Positions 27,401-41,589 of a stretch of DNA of 64,000 nucleotides are shown here, piece after piece. The position numbers and the translations under genes were made by a program. Numbering within the stretch: the stretch's first letter is position 1; the number at the start of each line of letters is the position of its first letter. The notes beneath the pieces are model-generated. The model was given only the letters and a program-made list of their open reading frames with translations. It was not told where the DNA came from and ran no database searches. Origin of the DNA: Octopus vulgaris (taxonomy: Eukaryota); NCBI GenBank assembly GCA_951406725.2, contig OX597832.1, forward strand, positions 31,124,001 to 31,188,000. The letters run 5' to 3'.

Positions 27401-28320
27401 ATAGAACTAAAGAAATGCTGGGTCTAGCAGGGACCTAGGAGTTTTAAGGGTTGAAGAATATCAGAGAAGTGTTAAGTTTGCACCTCCCTCCACCACACAC
27501 ACAGATAGGGGTTGTAGAAGCATAGCATAAATTGAATTTGGCAGAAGTGTAGAAGACCAAGGAATTTTCAGGAACTAAGAACTACAAAAGTTGAAGAGCT
27601 TTAGAAAAGTTTTGAATTTGGCAGCACACAAGTTGTTAAGGGTCGCAGAATATTTGAAATATGTAGAATTTTGTAGGAAGCAAAAAGTGTGAGGGTTGCT
27701 GGGGACCAGAGGAATATTGAGTGTGGCATGAAAAAAGCCCCACAAGAACAATAAGGATAAGGGGTTCAGAAAAGCAAAGGAAACAGAATTTATCAGAAAA
27801 CAAGAAATAGGAGAATCTAAAGTGTTGTGAATTTGGCAAAACTCAAGAATATTGAGTAGTTTGGTTCAACATAGAATAAAGGACCATTCTGAGCATTCCA
27901 ATGTGATATCAAATCTGAATGGGTTTTTATTATAAAGATCTATTATTATTTTATAATAATATGTGTATGTCTATTTGTTGTTTTTTTTTTATGGTGTGAT
28001 GGAATCGGATACTGAACCTGCTCTGTCCATTTTCTTCATACATTTCCCTTTCATCACCTAACATAAAGCTACATCTCTTTCTACTGTAGCTCCACTGAGT
28101 AAAAGCTGATCTTAGTCTGTCTTGTGAGCCATATAGTGACCTCACTAGCGATGGTGCCATAAGAAAATAGAGAGTACCCCAGTAGAGTCTTTGAAGTGGT
28201 TGGTATTAGGAAGGGCATTCAGCTGTGGAAAGCAGACATTGAAGCTTGACCTGTTGGATTCTGTTAGACTGTCCAACTCATGCCAGCATGGAAAATGGAC
28301 ATTGAAAGATGATGATAATG

Positions 28321-28357
<37 letters not shown>

Positions 28358-28942
28358 GTACATATTATACTCTCAATCAAGTTTATCAGAGTTTTGAAAA
28401 AAATAAATAAAACAGTGAAAGACACAGATTTAACATTAAACTAAAGACAGTTGTTTTCTTGTTTTTAATTTTACATTCGTTGTATAAAAGTTATTGTTTC
28501 AACAGCCACAGCTATAAATATCAGTTAATTGGTGATCTCTACTGAATACGGTGTATTAAAAACTTATTTATTTACTGACTGAAATTTCTTTCAAAGTTGA
28601 AAAAGGGAATAAAAAGACAGAGAAAAAAAGATCCCCCTTGTGGCAACTGCTTGCAACTCTCAAGGTAAGGGGGAGATAATTTCAGGAATTTAGAAATTAA
28701 CCAAAGTTAATTTACATGCTTAGAGGAAATCTGATTATTGTTTGTGGGCAAGGAGGGACAACTATGGACATGTTTCAGTCTATTGGACCTCATCAGCATT
28801 GTATTGTATAACAAGATTGTTGTATCAGTTGACAAATATTTCTTTTCTTTTATGTATGTATGTGTAATGCACACATACCTGCATACATGCGTGCACACAT
28901 ACACTCACTCACACACACACACACACATACATACATGGAGCA

Positions 28943-29250
28943 CTACGACGACGAGGATCCCATCTCATACGATCAACAGAACAGCTTACTTGTGAAATTA
29001 AGGTGCAAGTGGCTGAGTACTCCACAGACACGTGGACCCTTAACGTAGTTCTCGGGGAGATTCAACGTGACACAGAATGTGACAAGGCTGGCCCCTTGCG
29101 AATTACAGGTACTAGTCATTTTTGCCGACTGAGTGGATGGGAGCAACGGGAAATAAAGTGTCTTGCTCAAGGACACAATGCATCGTCAGGAATCGAGCTC
29201 ACGACCTTACGATCACGAGCCAAATGCCCCTAACCATTAAGCCACGTGCA
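28943..29250 (-). mobile_element. tRNA/CORE-type SINE family C. Other copies ~13950-14220(-), 15518-15885(+, related), 57238-57560(+)
   Basis: GTGGCTTAnTGGTTAGGG A-box, GAGyTCrATTCC B-box, CORE-like GTCCTTGAGCAAGACACTTTATTTC. Confidence 0.85.
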
Positions 29251-29839
29251 TTCATAATTACATACATACATATACACACACATACATACATACGTATGCA
29301 TGTATGTGAGTGTATAAGTACATAGGTTGAACGTATATATTTACAGTATACATACGTTCATAGCTCATGTGTGTGTGTGTGTATATTTACATAAACTCAT
29401 GTAATCACAGCTAAATCATTCCCCCCTCCCCCCACACACGGATGGGTATGTGCGGGGTGGGATGGGGTGGGGCATCAGAACACTTCTCTCAACCAAGCAA
29501 TGAAATTCCAAAGACATATCCATTTCAATATTCTTACTTTTTATTCTTTCTGTAATTTCCATCTTGGAAAAATATTTGCAGAATGTCGGTTGGAAATGAG
29601 TTCCTGAATTGGGTGGAATTGTCGCAGTATGTTGGGTAGCTGTGTAGGCTCTAGTTCTACTTGCGATCCCAGGTTTTGTGGGTTCAAACTCACTGCACTC
29701 AATTTTGCATAAGCGTCTTCTACCACGGTTTCTGGTTGACGATGCCATCTGATTGGAATTCGGCAAATAGGAACTGTGCGCGCGCTCACTCACTCACACA
29801 CACACAAACACACACATACAGACATACACACACACACAA

Positions 29840-29872
<33 letters not shown>

Positions 29873-31282
29873 AACACACACACATTTTCATTTCTTGTCC
29901 CTGAGAATTCACTAATATTTTTTATGTAGTAGATATGCAGGACCTGCTGTAGAACCCAAGGGTTAGCAGTGGGCCTTAAAAGCCAGCTCAGAACCCGTGG
30001 CAGGGAGCCACAATATTGCTAAGGGAAAAAAGGGCAAGAGTGCAAAAAGTGGTCATACTTTGTTGTGTTGACAACTGCCTAACCCCTTTCGTTTATACTC
30101 ACGCCTTTCATTTGGCAAGAAGCTGCCTACCTTTTAAATATATCCCCACACGATGGGGGCCTTAATCTTGCAAGTCACTTGGTAACCTCACTGGTGCTGA
30201 TGTCACGAAAAATGCTCTGTAAAGTGGTTAGCGTCAGGAAGGGCATCCAGCCGTAGAAACTTGCCAAAACAGACATTGAAGCACAACGCATTGCTCTGGT
30301 TCTTAGAATCTTGTTAAACCGTCCAACTCATGCCATCATGAAAGACGGACATTAAAAGAAGAAGAAAAAGATGATGATGATGATGGTGGTGATATATATA
30401 AAATCCATGTGGACTGGGACTTCAATTTTATTTTCTATTCCCAGTGGGAAAAACTTGAAATCCCAATTTAACACGAATTTTACAATAAATTCAATTCTAC
30501 CTCAGTATGGCGTCATCCCATCTGTAAACGATCTGTTATTCTTAAACTTGCTTTAAAATAATAACCTTAATTCAATATTTATATAAATACACACACGTGT
30601 GTATGTATGTGTGTGTATGATAATATGTAAAAACTGACTGTGTGTCAGCAGCGTGAAGTTTTGTACCTAAGAAAGTAAAATGTTGTATAGTAACAAATCT
30701 TTACAAGGAGCGGGTCACGGCTGTGTGACTTCTTACGAAATTTCGTTCCTTTTGACTGCTGTCAGAACATAAACTGAGAATATTGTACCCCGAAGCCCCT
30801 GCAGCAGACATTAGCAAAAGATACTGAAAAAACATTGTTCTTCACAGCGGCCGAGTCTTTCTAAAACATTAGTTTATCGAGTTAAGGTCCCTCTTGCATA
30901 CATTAGTAAAAAAACAAAAAAAATTATACAAAATTTATTGAAAATTCTCCCCAAAAAGAAAACTCTCATAACACACACAGACACACACACACACACACAC
31001 AGACACACACACACACACACACACACACACATCAAGACACTTGTTGCTTCACTCTCACAATACATCTGGAGTTTAAAGGATAATATTTCCATAACAATTA
31101 TGGAATCAATTGGTTCCTTGTAGAACCGTTATTTCTCTGCGTTATTCACAGCAGACGATGTGATCTTTGTCTTTCGGAGGGGAGGGGAACAGCTTACTGC
31201 AGCCATTTGCAATTTGAAATAAAGAAACGGAGTCGCAAGCGCACACCCGTCAACATTTATTCATGAATTTCACTACTACTAT

Positions 31283-31353
<71 letters not shown>

Positions 31354-31386
31354 ATAATAATAACAATAATAGTAATAATAATAGTA

Positions 31387-31417
<31 letters not shown>

Positions 31418-31957
31418 GAAGAAGAAGAAGAAGAAGAATCCTTTCTACTCTAGGCACAAGGCCTGAAATTTGGTGGGGAGGGGTTAAGTCGGTTACATCG
31501 ACCCCAGTACTCAACTGGTACTTAATTTATCTACCCGAGGGAATGAAAGTCAAAGTCGACTTCGGCGGAATTTGAACTCAGAAACGTAAAGGGTCGGATC
31601 AGATTCTACCGGAATCAATAATTTTGTATTACACACTCCATCATAGGAATGAGGCCAACTTGAAGACAATGACCTCACACACACGTACACACACACACAC
31701 ACGCGCGTACGCATGTACACATTTTTGTGTTTCGGCCTCAAAAGCTCTGGCTAATCTATAATGAAGTTGTAATGGCACATCTGGGAAATCGCTTGTTAGT
31801 CTGGAATTCTTGACTTCTTACATTGATAATATAGTCTTACATTTGATATTTAGCAATATGATGTAGTGGCTGGTTGTGCAAAATAACAGCGTGCAATATT
31901 ATATACATACATATACATATATACATACACACATACATACATATATACATATATACA

Positions 31958-32003
<46 letters not shown>

Positions 32004-32484
32004 TATCTGTGTGTGCGTGTGTGTGTGTGTATGTATATATGTATATGTGTGAATGTATGCAAGTGTGCGACTATCTATATATATATATATATATATGTCT
32101 ACGTGTGTGCATAAAATCTATTTGCTGAGCGAATTAAAGAAACATCAACAAAACATACCACAAATGTGTGTAGCTACACATGTTTGTGTGGTGTGAGTGA
32201 GTGTGTGTATGTATGTTTCTGTTTGTATGAGTGTATGTGTATATATATACTCACGCATGTACATAAATACAGACACCCATATAATGTAACCGTGTATATA
32301 TGCAAGAATTATATACTCACTAAATACAATAGGAAGTATGTATATTTCTCTATCTCAATTTATCCCAAACGCGACGCTTTCTTTCAATTGCTAACTCGAC
32401 CTCATTTGTAGAGAGAAGTCTTGTATTCTTAGCAATACATACATATATATATATAATATACTTATATAATATATATATATATAT

Positions 32485-33030
32485 GAATTTTTTGCGTAAT
32501 AAGATAAAAAAACCAAGGCTGTATAGATATTAGAACATTTATAGATAGAAGGTCTTACAGCTGTTTCTAGGATATTAATTAATAATATCCCTTCATCGGA
32601 GACGGTGTGAGAGGATAGTTAAGTCATAGTTAGTTTCGATGTGATACAAAATAGAGAGGGAGGTGGAGGAAAAAAAAATAGATGTAAGATATGTATGGGT
32701 ATTATTCCTCCACCTCACTCTCTATTTGTATCACATCGAAACTATGACTCAATTTTTCATCTCATACCGTCTCCGATGAAGGGATATTATTATTAATTAA
32801 TATCCTAGAAACAGCTGTCAGACCTTCTATCTCTAAATGCTCTAATATCTACACAGCCTTGTTTTTTTTTTATCTCATTACGCAAAAAATTCTTATATAC
32901 ACACGCTGACATAGAACCAACGTTGAACCCTTTATTTGCAATATTACCGAATCTGGAACTTAACTATGGTCTGTCTATAGCACTTACTCAGCATTACCTG
33001 ACACCTTTGGGTCTCAATGACACCATTGTC
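32485..33030. mobile_element. Fold-back PLE-type element in (TA)n with a hammerhead in each arm (32552-32603 -, 32769-32823 +) and a conserved tail
   Basis: ~187-bp inverted arms (32485-32671 and 32705-32892). Reads GUCU-CCGAUGA-a-GGGAUAUU..AAUAUCCU-a-GAAA-C AGCU G-UC-AGAC. Tail 32959-33027 is shared with 49114-49182. Confidence 0.85.
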
Positions 33031-33033
33031 TCT

Positions 33034-33082
<49 letters not shown>

Positions 33083-33311
33083 GGTAGGGTTTTAAATGCA
33101 GCCTTTTTTGTTTTAGCATCCTATGGACTAATCTAGCAGAGAATCTGCTTCATATACGCAACTAGTGTATACAGCAGTAAACTGATATACGTTTCTTATA
33201 TTGATATTCGTACTTCCTGACATGTACTGCATGTATATGCTTGCATATATATCGTTTTACATTATTTTATATTAAGAAGATTACCTCCGAATCACATGGT
33301 TCCGGGTTCTG

Positions 33312-33594
33312 TATATCGTATGAATGAGATTTGACTTGCATGCGGTGACCAGTGCATGCCACTGATGAGGCCCAATAAACCGAAACCACGTGTGATATGG
33401 GAATTCCGGCGCTCATGACAGACGAATTTCGTCTGCTACGATCTATGAGTGCACCTTTATGTACCAAGCGCCTGTATGAGAACATCTACCAGGGCTAATA
33501 ACACAGTATTCGGTGTTCTAACATGGCATCCATGTTAAATTGGACATAAAAATTACCGTTTGGTGTTCGTGTTAATACTGCCTCCGTCACTGAT
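33312..33594 (+). mobile_element. Hammerhead-containing retrozyme-like repeat, copy 1 (HHR 33359-33400)
   Basis: CCA-CUGAUGA-GG..CC-GAAA-CCACGUGUGA-UA-UGG. Its sequence blocks are homologous to 58774-59055 but in permuted order. Confidence 0.65.
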
Positions 33595-33667
33595 AACATA
33601 TATAACAACAACAACAACAACAATAACAACAACAACAACAATATTGATGATGATGATGATGATGATG

Positions 33668-33722
<55 letters not shown>

Positions 33723-33724
<2 letters not shown>

Positions 33725-34040
33725 CGATAAGGAAGAAAGAAAAGTCGATAGATATGACAGTTTAGCTTGGGAAGTTAAGGAGTTGTGGTCGATGAAAAAG
33801 TTAGTAGTAGTAGTATCAATAATTGTCGGAGCCCTGGGAATAGTGAGTAAAAATGTTGAGAAGTACGTGGAACAAATAGGGGCTGCAATAAGGGTGGAGC
33901 ACTTGGAGAAAACAGCACTGCTTGGAACCGCTCGAATACTCTGGAAGGTGCCCGAAAAATAAGAGGTGTTACTTTAGTTCACTGGTAGTGAACAACTGAC
34001 ACCGTAGTACACCTTCAGTGTTAGAAGCTGTACAAAGACA
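33723..34040 (+). mobile_element. R4/Dong-like non-LTR element 3' end between (TAA)n tracts
   Basis: DKEERKVDRYDSLAWEVKELWSMKK...IIVGALGIV...HLEKTALLGTARILWKV, stop at 33960-33962. Confidence 0.88.
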
Positions 34041-34069
34041 ATAATAATAATAATAATAATAACAATAAC

Positions 34070-34114
<45 letters not shown>

Positions 34115-34429
34115 GGATAAAGCGGTTAAAAATTTTATCAGTGGCCAGCTTATAATATACACCTTTTAAGGTGAATCCATATCCAGAGATTTATAATAGT
34201 ATAAGATACAATTACAATTAAGGGCTTAGAAGAGATCATGGCTATGCTGAAAATAGACACCAAATCGCCAAACCACTTAAAAATAATCACTTTTACAGTA
34301 CACATCGTGTTGAAATCGGGGGAGTGGGATTATTTTCAGCATAGGCATAGTCTCTACCACAAGCTTAATTATAATTGTGTTATATACTATTATAAATCTC
34401 TCTGTCTTTCTCTTTCTCTCTCTCATACA

Positions 34430-34492
<63 letters not shown>

Positions 34493-34559
34493 CACACACA
34501 CACAATATATATATATATATATAAGGACTTTCTTAGAAGTTATTAACTATTCCAAAATA

Positions 34560-34990
34560 TTTTTGTAAAACAAAATTCCACGAAGTTTTAGGAAAGAAGT
34601 TTTCGTATTGTCTGTATTGTGTGTAAGCGCTTTCGCTATTCAGCTTTTCAAACACACGTATTTTGTGTTAATCTGTATAATGGACGCTGTTTCAAACGAC
34701 TTCCTCTATTCGAAATCTTCTTTCCAAAAGGTTCGTGGAATACTGCTTTTCTTGAAACCTTTTTAAATAGCGAATAAATTTTAAGAAAATCTTTCTTTAA
34801 ATATTGCGACTGTATCAAGTAGTTTTTGCAAAAATTTTATAATTCAAAAAGGTGCTGGAAAGCCCAGCACGTTACAAAATAGTTTGTGGTTGTATTTCTT
34901 GGTATTTATAACACCGATATCTAAGAGAGAATGGGTAGTTCCCATTTAGGTCTATCTACCAACTAAGGATGGTAAATAATGATGGATTGA
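34560..34990 (-). pseudogene. Possible highly decayed Penelope RT C-terminal fragment
   Basis: Frameshifted ELP..LDIGVIN resembles the PLE LPFLD motif; weak. Confidence 0.3.
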
Positions 34991-35227
34991 ACTACTGTTT
35001 TTTTTTTCTGAAGAGCTGGTATTTCAGTATGATTATGTAATAGTCTGTGTAATGATTGTAACACAACATACGTGTAGACGCTGTCGAAACACGTGTAAAT
35101 GGTATGTCATTTATGTCATGTTGAAGATTTTATCTAAATCTGTTTCATTCTCTTCTCGTATATGTATATACATACAATATATGTATAGTGTGTTTTGTGT
35201 GTTTGTGTGTGTGTGTAAATATATACT

Positions 35228-35272
<45 letters not shown>

Positions 35273-35425
35273 GCATTTGTGTTATATCTATATCTACTTA
35301 TCTATTCATCTATCTGTGCGTGTATGTATGTATATATATATATATATGCACTCACACATATGCATATATATGCACAGGCACACAATGCATATATATAACG
35401 ATTTATATATATATATATTTTTTTT

Positions 35426-35486
<61 letters not shown>

Positions 35487-35783
35487 CACGCACTCTCCTT
35501 TGTGTGTGCATGCCTTTGTGTAATGTGTTATGTATATATTTTATATACACACACCTATACATATGCATGTGTGTACATCTATGTATATTATGCACATACA
35601 CATACATATGTGTGTGTTTGTGTCTGTGCGTGTGTGCGTGTGTGTGTGTGTGTGTGCATCATCTCTTCAAATCTGATTCTTTTCTCTTTTATTGATTTCT
35701 CTCTCACTAATCGATTTCCAGAAAAATAAAAAGAACAGAATTCTGTATAACAACGAAATATTTGTTCACTTCATATATGTGTG

Positions 35784-35831
<48 letters not shown>

Positions 35832-35850
35832 ATATATATATCTGTATATA

Positions 35851-35905
<55 letters not shown>

Positions 35906-35976
35906 GTGTGTGTGTGTGTGTGTGTCTCTCTCTCTATATATATGTATGAATGTATATATATATATAATATATATTT

Positions 35977-36025
<49 letters not shown>

Positions 36026-36779
36026 CACATATATACGTATGTATGTATGTGTGTGTATATACACACATACATGCAGTCTTACACACACACGTGCATGTAT
36101 GTGCAATACAATAGAATCTGATACAATAATAATAATGATAATATTAATACTAATAATTATAAAATTTGTTATACATATATACACATGTATAAATATGCAT
36201 GTGTACGTACGTATTTGTGTATGTATATATGTATGTATGTTCGTATTACAACCGCATCACTATTTAATGTACGATCTGTGTCCATGTCAACCTGTCTCTC
36301 TGTCTGTCTGTGTGACTTGATCCAGCAGTTCTGCTGTCCTGGTCCTCACCATAGAACTAGGTGACCTGGTAGGTGTGGCTCTCCGTGACATAAACCCACC
36401 AACCAACCAACCAACCAACAGACAAACAGACAGACAGACAGACTTTCATTGCAACGGACTGATGGATGATGAAGCCTGCTCGCTGTGCGCGGGACTGCTC
36501 TGCAGAGGGTGGAGGCGACGGGGCTGATGGTGAAGGTGTGGATGCCAGATATGAACATGCTGTTGGTGATGATGTTAAGCTCTAGGTTAGCCCTGAGGAA
36601 GCAGACCTATGATGAAATACCTTCCAGCCGTGACCATCCCGTCTCTCTCTCTCTATATATATATGTGTCTGTGTGTGTGTGTGTGCACGCGCGCTCTCGC
36701 TGGTGCGTGTATACATACATACATACATACATACATACATACATACATACATACATACGTATGTATATGTGTATATATA

Positions 36780-36850
<71 letters not shown>

Positions 36851-36896
36851 AGTGAAAGAATGGAGTCGAATGACGATTTTAACAAAATTCCTTTAT

Positions 36897-36977
36897 TCTC
36901 GACATATGTTTCGAAGACTGCATATTCTTAATTCCGAAGGAATAAAGGGTGCATTATGCCGCCTTCTCATCAGGAAA
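36897..36977 (-). ncRNA. Type I hammerhead with extended stem II, between (TA)n tracts
   Basis: UUUC-CUGAUGA-GAAGGCGGCAUA...UAUGCAGUCUUC-GAAA-C AUAU G-UC-GAGA: canonical core with a GUC cleavage triplet. Confidence 0.85.
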
Positions 36978-37080
36978 GACAAGGAACCTATGTCAGCATC
37001 ATGACGAACAAAAACCTTTAGATGACTTCCCACATGCAGTTCACAGTGAATTGTCCATACTAGGATAATTCATTCACCTA

Positions 37081-37144
<64 letters not shown>

Positions 37145-37218
37145 TAGATAGATAGATCGCTAGCCACTACACACATTTTCTCTCTCTTTTTTCTCTCACC
37201 TTGTTTCTTTCTGTGTTC

Positions 37219-37254
37219 CTTTCTGTGGAAGAGCATAGGCTCGAAACGTTAAAG
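37219..37254 (+). ncRNA. Hammerhead-like motif with position-6 variant. Relatives at 40253-40288 and a truncated copy ~23200-23225
   Basis: CUUU-CUGUGGA-a-GAGC auag GCUC-GAAA-CG-UU-AAAG, with shared downstream flank (c)GAGCGTnAnACTAAT. Confidence 0.5.
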
Positions 37255-37340
37255 ACTTTTTTCAACTCCCGAGCGTTATACTAATACATCTGTTTGTTTT
37301 CTACACCACCTGTCTTTTTTTCTTTTTGTAAATTCTCCCC

Positions 37341-37425
<85 letters not shown>

Positions 37426-37488
37426 GCAGATATCGAACTTGAGCGAAAATTTCTCTCCACATTTGCCATTCTCAGTCCCCAGGACGGG

Positions 37489-37957
37489 TGTTAGGTTAGT
37501 ATAGTTCCGTTAGTTAGCCTTACATTTTTGGGTTGGTGATAGGAAACACTCTTGATCAAATAGATCCATTAGTCACCAATAACAGAAACACCTACACCAG
37601 ATACGAGCAACAAGTTTAGTGGAATCACTTGTCTTTTTCCCTCTCAAAGCACCTGAGAAAGTACACAACACAAAGTTGGCAGAGAGGGGACCCAATTAGT
37701 TATCAACAGCAGCAGATGCAGTAAAATAGATGCAGGGGGCTGATCGGCCGCTATCAGTTTGTGTTGGTCGGTCGCCGTCGAGACTTCATGTGTTCTCAGA
37801 CTCCATACTGCTGATTTCCTCCACAAAATCGGGATAACTTCTTCGACATCAGAACCGTTGTATTTTGGTAACCACTCCGTTACAATTGGTGACCCGACGT
37901 TACATTTGGTGACACCGATGCTAAATAATCCGTTACATTTGGTGACCCCGACGTGAT
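37489..37957 (+). mobile_element. LTR-retrotransposon (probably Gypsy) LTR 3' end with tRNA-Trp primer-binding site
   Basis: ...GTTACA-TT-TGGTGACCCCGACGTGAT (37940-37957) is the complement of the metazoan tRNA-Trp 3' end. The left boundary is uncertain. Confidence 0.7.
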
Positions 37958-38399
37958 GCACGCAAACACCGCTACAGATCCTTTCGAGGTCGATAAATTA
38001 AGTACCCGATGAACTCTTTGGGGTCGATGTATTCGACTTATCCCCTGTCCCGAAATTGCTGGCCTTGTGCCAAAATTTGAATCTATCATTTATGAGGCTT
38101 GAAATAGGTCGAGGTCTCCAGGGTGCTGTTCTGCCAGCCACGCCCTGTAATCGATCCTGGTTCAGTTCAGTAAGCATGTGACCTAACACTGAACTAGTTC
38201 CATAGACTTGTTTATATTTACAATAAGTCTGTTATATGTAAGAGAATATAAACAAGTTTATTTTAATATATCAGCGTTTGTTTATTTTAAATTGGCATTT
38301 TTCAGCAGATTTGCATGGAAGCTATAGAATATCGAAGCATTAACCGATTTTCTTGGTATTTAGGCAAAAAGAACAACAAACAAGGAAAAACAAAAGAAA

Positions 38400-39350
38400 G
38401 CAAAACAAAACGACTGGTTAAGAAATTTGATTTCTAGAACTGATGCCACAACTCGTGTAAGAGTGGAATATTTGGTTTGGAAGTGAGCCTGGAAGAAAGT
38501 CTGTGACAGATGTAGATGTGGTTGACCAACACAAATTCAGGAAATGGTCGAAGATTCTTTAATACAAAAACAGAACTGTCACAGGACGCTAAATTGGTGT
38601 CAGGTTACTTTCAAAATAGTTCTGTATTAGTGTTGGTTATAATTCTAAATATTTACCAAAGATTCTGGAAGTAGAAAGTTTTTTTTGTGCCAATCTATTT
38701 CTAATTGGTAAAATCATTGAATGATTCTTCAACTGTTGTAGCGACTTTTTAGAAATTTGGAAAAACTATAGAGTTACATTTTAAAGATCAAACATAACAG
38801 AAGAGGAAAATCCTTGTTTCTTAATATTCTAGGAATTAAGAAACAATCCATTGAAGGGGAAATTCCTGGAGAATAGCGTTCGGACAAACTCAAAGCAAGA
38901 ATTAATAATGATATTGATTCCAGTTCAATGATTGATCCAAGGTGGCTTTCAGTTTTGGGGACTGTCACAAAATGGATTTTACAGACAAACCAGCCAAATT
39001 GAATACTGACAAACACCCATGCAGACGAAATCTTTGAGTGCCAAGAGGAAATGGTGAAAGGTCACACTCCGATCATTTCAATATATATTCAAGATAGCTC
39101 TCGCATCCATATTGTTGGTTTTTCAAAATTGAAGCTACTCGCTGTACAGAAGTCTCTTCGTCATTGTATAACCAAGATCTCACTCCAAGAGATGCTGGAA
39201 TGGTTTGTCTCCTTAAGAAGCGTTTACTAGGACGTTTTTTTCTTCGGAAATACAGATAAGCAAACGGCGAAGCAGTTCTTCCATAATTGTGGACGGGTTT
39301 TCTTTTAAAAGGCCCTTTGTAATCTTGTGGTAAGTTTTCAGAAGAATGTT
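38400..39350 (-). pseudogene. Probable decayed pogo/DDE_1-type transposase
   Basis: Remnants LYNDEETS (cf. NxDET) and a downstream GW motif; heavily disrupted. Confidence 0.35.
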
Positions 39351-39771
39351 TCATGCAAAAAAGACACATACATACATACATACATACATACATACATACA
39401 TACATACATACATACATACATACGTACGTACGTACGTACATACACACACATACACACACACACACACATACATACATACATACATACATACATACATACA
39501 TACATACATACATACATACATACATAAATACATACATACATACGTACATACATACATACACATGCACACACATACATACATACATACAAACGTACACATA
39601 CACCCACATACATACATACATGCATACATACATACATACATGCATGCATGCATGCATACATACATACATACATACATACATACACACACATACATGCATG
39701 CATACATACATACATACACACATACATGCATACATACATACATACATGCATGCATGCATACATACATACAT

Positions 39772-39802
<31 letters not shown>

Positions 39803-40399
39803 TACATACATACATACATACATACATACAAATAGAAAAAGGGGAGGGCTACCAATAGGATTCGAATCCCACATCTCTCATGAACATGACAAGCGTTCTA
39901 CTAGTTGATCATAATTAATATCCTTCGAGTTTCTTTCTCCGTGTTAGAAGCTCCATTCTTATAAACGAGAATTGTAAGTCTGTGATGTCATAAGAATTTA
40001 TAAACTTCAAGACAAGATGAATGCCTCCACGCACACACACATAGCCGCACTACCACACATGCATCACTCCTCCCTTATGCCTACATCCAGACACGGATGC
40101 AGTTTTATACGTGCATCCAAGCCTTACCTTTTTCCCTCTTTAACCTCCCCTCACCACCTAGAACAGCATATTCACCAAGAAACCCTCCACATATTTTTTT
40201 ATTCTTCTCACTGACTACTCTTCTTCCTCGTTCGTTGTATGACGACCGCCTTTCTTCTGGTGAAGAACTACTGTCCGAAACGTTAAGATACTTTCTCTTC
40301 TGCTAAAGCGTTAAACTAATGCCATGTTTGTCAAACTTTGTTTCTCCTGTGTTGTTCTTTATATTGCCCAATGTCTTTACAACATTATGATTATGTACG

Positions 40400-40507
<108 letters not shown>

Positions 40508-40594
40508 CATACATACATATGCTTACATACATACATACATACATATATATATATATACACACACACACACACGCATATATATATATATATATAT

Positions 40595-40649
<55 letters not shown>

Positions 40650-40688
40650 TATATATATATATACATATACATACATACGTATATACGG

Positions 40689-40723
<35 letters not shown>

Positions 40724-41469
40724 AAATCAATAATTATTGACTGATTGATTTCTCCATCAGGCTGTTATATACTTTTGAATCCACAAGGTAGTGTTTAGGT
40801 CAGAAACAAACACAACGACTGCTGTTTCTGTGGGATGGTGGTAATGGTGGTGGTGGTGTTGGTGGTGTTGGTGTTGGTGGTATTGGCGGTGATGGGTGCG
40901 TTAGCGGTGGTTAGGCGTTGACTACCCACATATTTTTATGACCAAAGGAAACAAAGACTGGTCTGGGGTAGTTTGGGGTGGTGGTTGGGGGTGGTGTCAA
41001 TGTTTTGGTGTTCTTCATGTCGTTTCTGGTAACACCCAGTGGCACGAGAGGGCGGGACTTTTATTGCTATTGTCGTTGTAATCGTCGGCGACCGTGACAA
41101 CAGTAAAGGTGGTAGTGGTGGTGGTAGTAGTTGTGGTAGTGGTGGTGGTTGTAGTGGTAGTAGTGGTGGTGGTAGTGGTGGTGATGGTGGTGAGGTGGTG
41201 GTAGTGATGGTGGTGGTGGTGGTAGTGGTGGCCGTAGTGGTAGTAGTGGTGTTGGTGTTGGTAGTAGCGGTGTTGGTAGTAGTAGTAGCAGCAGTAGCAG
41301 CAGTAGTAGTAGCAGCAGTAGTAGTAGCAGCAGTAGCAGCAGCAGCGGTGGTGGTGGTGGTGGTGCTAGTTGTAGAGGCAGCTTTTGCTTTTGCCCTCTT
41401 CGGTCTTTTTTTTCCTCCTTCTTTTCTGCTAAATACTTAACCTTTAAAGATTATCTGACTTTTGAGACT

Positions 41470-41589
41470 GGGTCACGGAAGTCACAGAGGTCACGAAGGT
41501 CACGGAGTCTCAAAGGTCACAAAGGTCAACACTGTGTGAGTATGTGAGGTGGGGCGGGGCGTGGGGGTGCTGTGAAATTAGCTATAAAA
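41470..41589 (+). promoter_or_regulatory. Candidate promoter: RGGTCA half-site array, GC box and TATA box
   Basis: Six RGGTCA-like hexamers at ~9-bp period (41470-41528), GGGGCGGGGC at 41551, TATAAAA at 41583. Confidence 0.35.
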
